64,000 nt of DNA from Candidatus Bathyarchaeota archaeon (lineage in GTDB: Archaea > Thermoproteota > Bathyarchaeia > Bathyarchaeales > Bathycorpusculaceae). The notes under the pieces are model-generated. The model was not told the origin of the DNA. It searched no databases and saw only the letters and a program-made list of their open reading frames with translations. Shown here piece after piece: positions 58,853 through 64,000 of this stretch. The stretch spans positions 2,016,001 to 2,080,000 of the forward strand of contig OY970280.1 of assembly GCA_963715865.1 (NCBI GenBank), written 5' to 3'. Within the stretch, counting starts at the first letter, position 1, and each line of letters begins with the position of its first letter. A program made the translations under genes and the position numbers.

Positions 58853-59796
58853 TCTATTGTTTTTTCTAAACCTTCGTTAAGTGATACCTTTGGTTCCCAA
58901 TTTAAGATGTCATGTGCCAATGAATTATCGCAGTACATGTCCCATATTTCGTTTTCCCTGTATTGTAATGCCCCTATTCTTAGGTTGTCAACTTTTCCTA
59001 TTTTTTTTGCAATCAACATGGCTATTTCTTTTATGCTTATGGATAGCCCAGATCCAATATTTAGTATTTTGCCTTGACTATCCTTAGAAAATAGTGACCG
59101 AATTATAGCATCCAACAAGTCTTCAATGTAGTTAAATTCCCTTTTTTGTTCCCCTTTGGTTAATGGTACTTCTTCGTCATTTAATAATTTCTTAATGATA
59201 AAGGGAATGATTCTTTCGGGTGTTTGGTATTTACCATAAAGATTAAAGCTTCTCAAAATTGTTACTGGAATTTCAAAAACGTTGTGAAACATAATTAAAA
59301 ACATTTCGGCAGCTGCTTTGCTTGCAGAATAAGGGGAAACAGGCCGTGCCAGTTGATTTTCTCTAAAAGGCGGATTAATTCCTCCATATATATCGCTCGT
59401 ACTTAAGAACACAAAATTGTTAAGATTTGCTTTTTTGGAACCTTTTAGAATGGCTAATGTACCTTTAAGATTTATATCAATTGCGAGCTCTGCTTTTTCA
59501 AAAGTCCGCTCTAAATTTGTCATTCCTGCTAAGTGTATCACAAAATCTGGCGATATGTTTTGGACTAATGCAACAGCCTTATCGCTTTGTCTTAAGTCAA
59601 CGTTGTAAAAGGGCAAAGAATCAAGGTCAAAGGGTATATAGTTTTTATCTAAGCCGCTCATGTCAGGTCTAAAATCCATTATTGTTGGCTCAACGTCCAT
59701 CTCTAATAGTTTTTTTACCAGATTTACTCCTACAAAACCTAATCCACCAGTTATCAATATTTTTTTATCTTTTAAATAACTGTAATCTTGCTCCAT
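58831..59796 (-). CDS. NDP-sugar epimerase/reductase (extended SDR)
   Basis: TGGLGFVG, STSDIYG and PYSASK motifs. Confidence 0.88.
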   Translation of the reverse strand: MEQDYSYLKDKKILITGGLGFVGVNLVKKLLEMDVEPTIMDFRPDMSGLDKNYIPFDLDSLPFYNVDLRQSDKAVALVQNISPDFVIHLAGMTNLERTFEKAELAIDINLKGTLAILKGSKKANLNNFVFLSTSDIYGGINPPFRENQLARPVSPYSASKAAAEMFLIMFHNVFEIPVTILRSFNLYGKYQTPERIIPFIIKKLLNDEEVPLTKGEQKREFNYIEDLLDAIIRSLFSKDSQGKILNIGSGLSISIKEIAMLIAKKIGKVDNLRIGALQYRENEIWDMYCDNSLAHDILNWEPKVSLNEGLEKTIEWYRSIR

Positions 59797-59798
59797 GA

Positions 59799-60803
59799 TT
59801 ACACGTCTTTTAGATTTTCTCGTTCCGCAAACCATTTTGTGTACCATTTATGAGTTTTTTCAAGTCCTTCGTCTAGTGTGTGTTTAGGTTTCCATTGAAG
59901 AATGTCGCGGGCTTTTTTACATGACAAATACTGGTCTTTTATTTCCCCTTTTGCAGAGTTTTTGATTATTGGCTTCAATTTTTCTTTGCCTGCAATTTTG
60001 ATTATTTTATTAACCAACTCTATTACGCTGACTGGTTTCTCTGTTCCAAAGTTGAAAGCTTCTCCTTCAAGCTTTTTCTCTAAAAGGTTCTCAGCAAAGA
60101 CGATGTATGCATCAACCGCATCTTCGATATAGAAATAATCTCGTAGAAATGTTCCATCGCTTCGAATAATTGGATTTTCGTTAAAATAAAGATGTCTTAT
60201 CGTTTGTGGGACAACTCTGTTAAAGTTAAGATCCCCTCCACCGTAAAGATTTCCGCATCGTGTTATGCCAACGGGCAATTTGTAAGTTGCGGCATATCCC
60301 TGGCATAGCATATCCGCCGCCGCTTTGGAAAGGTCATAAGGATGAGTGGCCTTTAACATATCGGTTTCAAAATAGGGGAGTTGCTTTTTTTCCCCGTAGG
60401 CTTTATCAGTGGACGCTACCATTATTCTCTTAACTGTTTCCGAGTTCCTTGTGGCTTCCAACAGATTCCATGTTCCTTTTATGTTGGTTTCGAATGTCGA
60501 GATTGGCGATCTATTGGCTACTTGAACTATTGTTTGGGCAGCAAGATGAAAAACAATTTCTATTTCATACTCATTTAATACTCGTTCAACAAGGAAATAG
60601 TCTCTAACATCTCCCCTTACTGCCGTTATGTTGTTGAAGATATTTTCTTCATACAGTTTTGATTTTGGAACATTGTCTCTGATGATTGCGACTACGTTTG
60701 AACCCGATTTAACTAATTTCTCAGCTAGATAACTGCCAAGAAACCCCGAAGCTCCTGTCACTAAAACATTACGTTCAGTCCAAAAATTGTTTTTTGTGCT
60801 CAT
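59799..60803 (-). CDS. rfbG: CDP-glucose 4,6-dehydratase-like
   Basis: TGASGFLG, STDKAYG and PYDLSK motifs; adjacent to the cytidylyltransferase. Confidence 0.75.
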   Translation of the reverse strand: MSTKNNFWTERNVLVTGASGFLGSYLAEKLVKSGSNVVAIIRDNVPKSKLYEENIFNNITAVRGDVRDYFLVERVLNEYEIEIVFHLAAQTIVQVANRSPISTFETNIKGTWNLLEATRNSETVKRIMVASTDKAYGEKKQLPYFETDMLKATHPYDLSKAAADMLCQGYAATYKLPVGITRCGNLYGGGDLNFNRVVPQTIRHLYFNENPIIRSDGTFLRDYFYIEDAVDAYIVFAENLLEKKLEGEAFNFGTEKPVSVIELVNKIIKIAGKEKLKPIIKNSAKGEIKDQYLSCKKARDILQWKPKHTLDEGLEKTHKWYTKWFAERENLKDV

Positions 60804-60810
60804 GTATTCG

Positions 60811-61602
60811 TTACCACATTTTCCATTTTTTTTCTTTTTGCCAAACCTCGTTAAGGTGTTCTATATCCTTGTAAGTGTCCATGGACCCCCAAAATCCTTC
60901 ATGTTTGTAAACATTTAGTTCTTTATCTTTTACTAGTTGTTCAAATGGTTCTCGTTCTAAGATGCAGTTTTCACTGAGATAATCGAATATTTTCTTATTG
61001 AATACGAAAAATCCGCCAGAAACCCATTCTTTCAATGTGGGTTTTTCCTTAAAATAAGTGACCGTTCCCTTGCTGTCGATTTCTAAAATACCATATTTGG
61101 ATGTGGGGTGCAATCCTGTTAAGGTGGCAATTTTATGATTTTCCAGATGGTAGTTAATTAGTTTAGATATGTTTAAGTCAGCAACGCCGTCACCATATGT
61201 AGCTAGGAAGTAGTCTGTATCAATGTATTTTTCTATTTTTTTTATTCTGCCTCCTGTATTTGTTTCTTCACCTGTTTCTGCAAGTGTAACATTCCAATCT
61301 TCTGATGTGTGATTTTCGAATTGTACTTCGCGTTTCGCCACTTTGATTGTGGTGTCGTTGTTATAGAGGCAATAACTTTGGAAATAGTCTCTTATCATAT
61401 CTCCTTTGTAGCCCAAACAGATAACGAAGTCGTTAAAACCATAATGTGAATAAATTTTCATTATATGCCATAAAATTGGTTTTCCTCCAATTTCTACCAA
61501 AGATTTTGGCCTAATTGCTGTCTCTTCTCTTATACGTGTTCCTTTTCCACCGCATAATAAAACTACTTTCACATTATTGTTTTTCATATCGTTCCATTCC
61601 AT
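60811..61602 (-). CDS. rfbF: Glucose-1-phosphate cytidylyltransferase
   Basis: LCGGKGTRI.EET..RPK.LVEIG.KPILWHIMK, TGGRIK, TYGDG and FWGSMDT motifs. Confidence 0.92.
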   Translation of the reverse strand: MEWNDMKNNNVKVVLLCGGKGTRIREETAIRPKSLVEIGGKPILWHIMKIYSHYGFNDFVICLGYKGDMIRDYFQSYCLYNNDTTIKVAKREVQFENHTSEDWNVTLAETGEETNTGGRIKKIEKYIDTDYFLATYGDGVADLNISKLINYHLENHKIATLTGLHPTSKYGILEIDSKGTVTYFKEKPTLKEWVSGGFFVFNKKIFDYLSENCILEREPFEQLVKDKELNVYKHEGFWGSMDTYKDIEHLNEVWQKEKKWKMW

Positions 61603-61729
61603 TCAAGGAAGTACTTATTTTTATGAGATTATTTAAACCTGTCAATTTATTGTAACATATGGAACAAAAGTGTTGTGGTTCTCAAGGGCAAATGAGAAAA
61701 CTACATGGTTAAATGAAGACAATAGTTTG

Positions 61730-61969
61730 TTATTGTGTATTTCTATTTTTCGTTAGACATGTAAAGAAGTTTAGTAGATGTGACCAAATACTGTTTGGGA
61801 AGGCTTCTGCATTTAACCCTGAGATTCTCGCCCATAGTTCTTTACGCTTTTGCTCCCAACTTTCGTCTGATAATTCCATGTAACGTACAATTTTTTCTTT
61901 CAAATCATCATAGCTTGTCCATCTAAGTTCTTCAGGAATGAACTCTCTCATTCCTCCACTATCGTGAAC
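61730..61969 (-). pseudogene. C-terminal fragment of a GT4 paralogous to 56890-58023
   Basis: VHDSGGMREFIPEELRW...DLKEKIV...KRKELW versus VHNSGGMKEFIPEEFRW...DLKEKIV...KRKELW. Confidence 0.8.
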
Positions 61970-62213
61970 GCGCGCGCTTTAGTTATCCAGTTATCCGTTT
62001 ATGTTGGCTCTTAGGGTATATACGTGGTACAAGTTTGAAGAGCATTTGACAACTGGCCAAAAAACTTCCATTACTTGCTTGGAGGTTATAGGTTATATGT
62101 GGAATCAGAAACTAAGTTTAGCTTATAACAAACGCTAAGTATTTTGTGCAAAATATTTCTTAGATTATCAAAGGCGATAAACTATTTATCGACCGAAAAA
62201 ACAGTAGTGTACT

Positions 62214-62942
62214 ATGCCAACATGCGCGGAGGAGAACATAAAGGTTGATTTTGTCATACCTACAAGAGAGAAACCAAACGATACCTTGCTCCATATCATA
62301 GAGCACATGCCATGCGCTGGACAAATAATAATCGCAACAGAACAACCACTTAGTACTAAACGAAAAAATGCTGTGTTGAGAGCTAAAACGGAATGGGTCG
62401 CCATGATTGATGATGATATGCTTTTGCCAGACAATTGGCTACAAAAAGTTACCGCAAATATTGCTCCAAGCGTTGGTGCTATTGGAACAGTCGCAGTTCA
62501 TAAGAACAAGCATGTTGCCGCTTATAACCGAGTAGTTGGAACTGTGGTTAAACTAAACAAGATAGACACCTCGCCCCATATCAATAACATGATAATTCGG
62601 CGAAAAATTATGGAGAATTATAATCCACCGTCTTTGTTTTTCGGCGAAGATCAACAGCTCAAAAGGTATGTTGAAAAAGTAGGGTACGTGTGGAGAGTGC
62701 TGCCGTTTCTTGGTGCGACGCACCTTGGTTCATCTAAGAACTATGTTACGAGTGGTATAGCGTATAGGCGGTATGGTCACTTTACTGTTTTTCAGTTGGT
62801 GAGAAGAATGGTTGCTAGATTTATTTTTACGCCGTTTGCAGCCTTAAGCAACCTAAGCCTTGCAACATTTAGCTACTTGTCTAAAATTAATATAGAGTTT
62901 ATTGCGGGCTGGGCAAAAGAGTTAGTGGCAGAAAAACTGTAA
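62214..62942 (+). CDS. Glycosyltransferase family 2-like
   Basis: VDFVIPT and MIDDDM motifs. Confidence 0.75.
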   Translation: MPTCAEENIKVDFVIPTREKPNDTLLHIIEHMPCAGQIIIATEQPLSTKRKNAVLRAKTEWVAMIDDDMLLPDNWLQKVTANIAPSVGAIGTVAVHKNKHVAAYNRVVGTVVKLNKIDTSPHINNMIIRRKIMENYNPPSLFFGEDQQLKRYVEKVGYVWRVLPFLGATHLGSSKNYVTSGIAYRRYGHFTVFQLVRRMVARFIFTPFAALSNLSLATFSYLSKINIEFIAGWAKELVAEKL

Positions 62943-62951
62943 AGCGGAGTG

Positions 62952-63827
62952 TTATTGGCACTCCTCAGATTTGCCTTTTTCCGCCGTGATTTCCTTTTGT
63001 AATGCTTCGGCTCTGGCTGTAACCTTTTGGACCTCCGCTGCAACAGCTTTGTCTTTAACCTCTTCCTTGCGCTTCTTATTGGACTCCAAAATCAACCGCA
63101 GAAAATCCGAGTCATAAGCCTTCAGCAGCAGTTCAGTGTTCGGTATCAAGCAGTGCCCACCTATCACGCCTGGAAACATAACAGGTCTGTCAAACCTTAA
63201 ACGGTGGGTATCCTCAAGGAAATCAACCGTTTCATTAAAATCCGCGCCAAAAGCTCTAGAGATTCGATGCATCTCTTGGAAACACGCAATCATCCACGCG
63301 CGATAAGTCGTCTCAAAAAGCTTAGCCAACTCCGTCTCCGTACAACTCTTCAAAACCTTTACTTTTAGGTTCAATTTCTCAAAATGGCCACGAGCGGCCT
63401 GTGCCGCAACTGGACTTGCGCCGCCAACATACTTAGTCCAACGCCTCATTTCCCACTTCATGTGCTCAGCACTTTTGTGCACGCCACGCGCTGGCGAATG
63501 TGCAACGAGACACTTGCATCTTTGAGCTACTTTCATTGTGGTTCCTGGAGGAACAGTGCTGTTAATAATTACGAGTTTGGGCTTAAACTCTTCAACGTAG
63601 CCAACGACTACGTCTGCAAAGTTTTGTTGATTACTGCATGGTAGACAAACATGCATGGTGCCTATTTGGCTTGGAAACTTTTTTCTGCTTTGGTTAAGCT
63701 GGCGCATTTTTGTTTCATCTAAATCCAAGCCGTAAACAGCGAAACTTTTTTTCTCCTCATTCAACAACGCAAAAAGAGTATATCCAATTTCGCCTAAACC
63801 TATAACAAGAACTGTCTCTTTGGTCAA
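62952..63827 (-). CDS. NDP-sugar dehydrogenase (UDP-ManNAc/GDP-mannose dehydrogenase-like, short form)
   Basis: IGLGEIG, NSTVPPGT, HSP, ELAKL.E and GGHCL motifs. Confidence 0.8.
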   Translation of the reverse strand: MTKETVLVIGLGEIGYTLFALLNEEKKSFAVYGLDLDETKMRQLNQSRKKFPSQIGTMHVCLPCSNQQNFADVVVGYVEEFKPKLVIINSTVPPGTTMKVAQRCKCLVAHSPARGVHKSAEHMKWEMRRWTKYVGGASPVAAQAARGHFEKLNLKVKVLKSCTETELAKLFETTYRAWMIACFQEMHRISRAFGADFNETVDFLEDTHRLRFDRPVMFPGVIGGHCLIPNTELLLKAYDSDFLRLILESNKKRKEEVKDKAVAAEVQKVTARAEALQKEITAEKGKSEECQ

Positions 63828-63899
63828 ATGCTTGCCTCCGTCATTGGAAAGTCAAGTTAAGGTTAAACTATTTAAATCTGGAGCTCACAAGGACAGTTT

Positions 63900-64000
63900 A
63901 TGCTGAATTCAAAGAGAGGCACGGGCATAATTAGAGGAGCCAACGTGGAAATAGGTGTAAACGTTGCCATTTGGAATTACGTGGTTATAGGAGACAACAC
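63900..64000 (+). CDS. Hexapeptide-repeat acetyltransferase, truncated by the window end
   Basis: Manual translation MLNSKRGTGIIRGANVEIGVNVAIWNYVVIGDN. Confidence 0.6.
   Translation, partial: MLNSKRGTGIIRGANVEIGVNVAIWNYVVIGDN

Noticed and set aside
30024-61976. GCGCGC runs at ~30026, ~58376 and ~61969, near decayed regions
   Set aside because: Too short, and flanks are not shared; cannot be distinguished from chance.

Overview
Archaeal chromosomal segment, most consistent with Ca. Bathyarchaeia (Thermoproteota). This is inferred from gene content and style: rpl24e-rps28e-rpl7ae, gar1-tfb, Alba, Hel308, RtcB/archease, rpl40e and an MtdA/B-type dehydrogenase. Layout: (1) 148-5878, an AT-rich defective integrated element at tRNA-Gly(TCC), with a partitioned tyrosine integrase (intN reads through the tRNA; a frameshifted intC remnant lies at the far end), cargo genes sharing a 20-bp promoter motif, and a strongly CpG-depleted decayed segment. 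(2) 6.3-37 kb, mostly core genes, including a complete seven-gene DapL-type lysine operon, translation/transcription genes, aspS and asnB. (3) 38089-40029, a ~1.9-kb insert between divergent asnB and purB, bounded by a perfect 17-bp direct repeat. It carries a HEPN-like ORF, a hairpin/pseudoknot-forming spacer, a 95-aa putative DNA-binding protein and a helically phased ACGCA array, and is the best candidate for an undescribed system. (4) purB, hel308, iscS-iscU-sufS. (5) 47-64 kb, a mosaic, partly decayed surface-glycan cluster (C-methyl sugar and CDP-glucose pathways, glycosyltransferases, a DUF3131-like protein). No CRISPR array or rRNA was seen. All family calls come from motif recognition by eye, not database searches.
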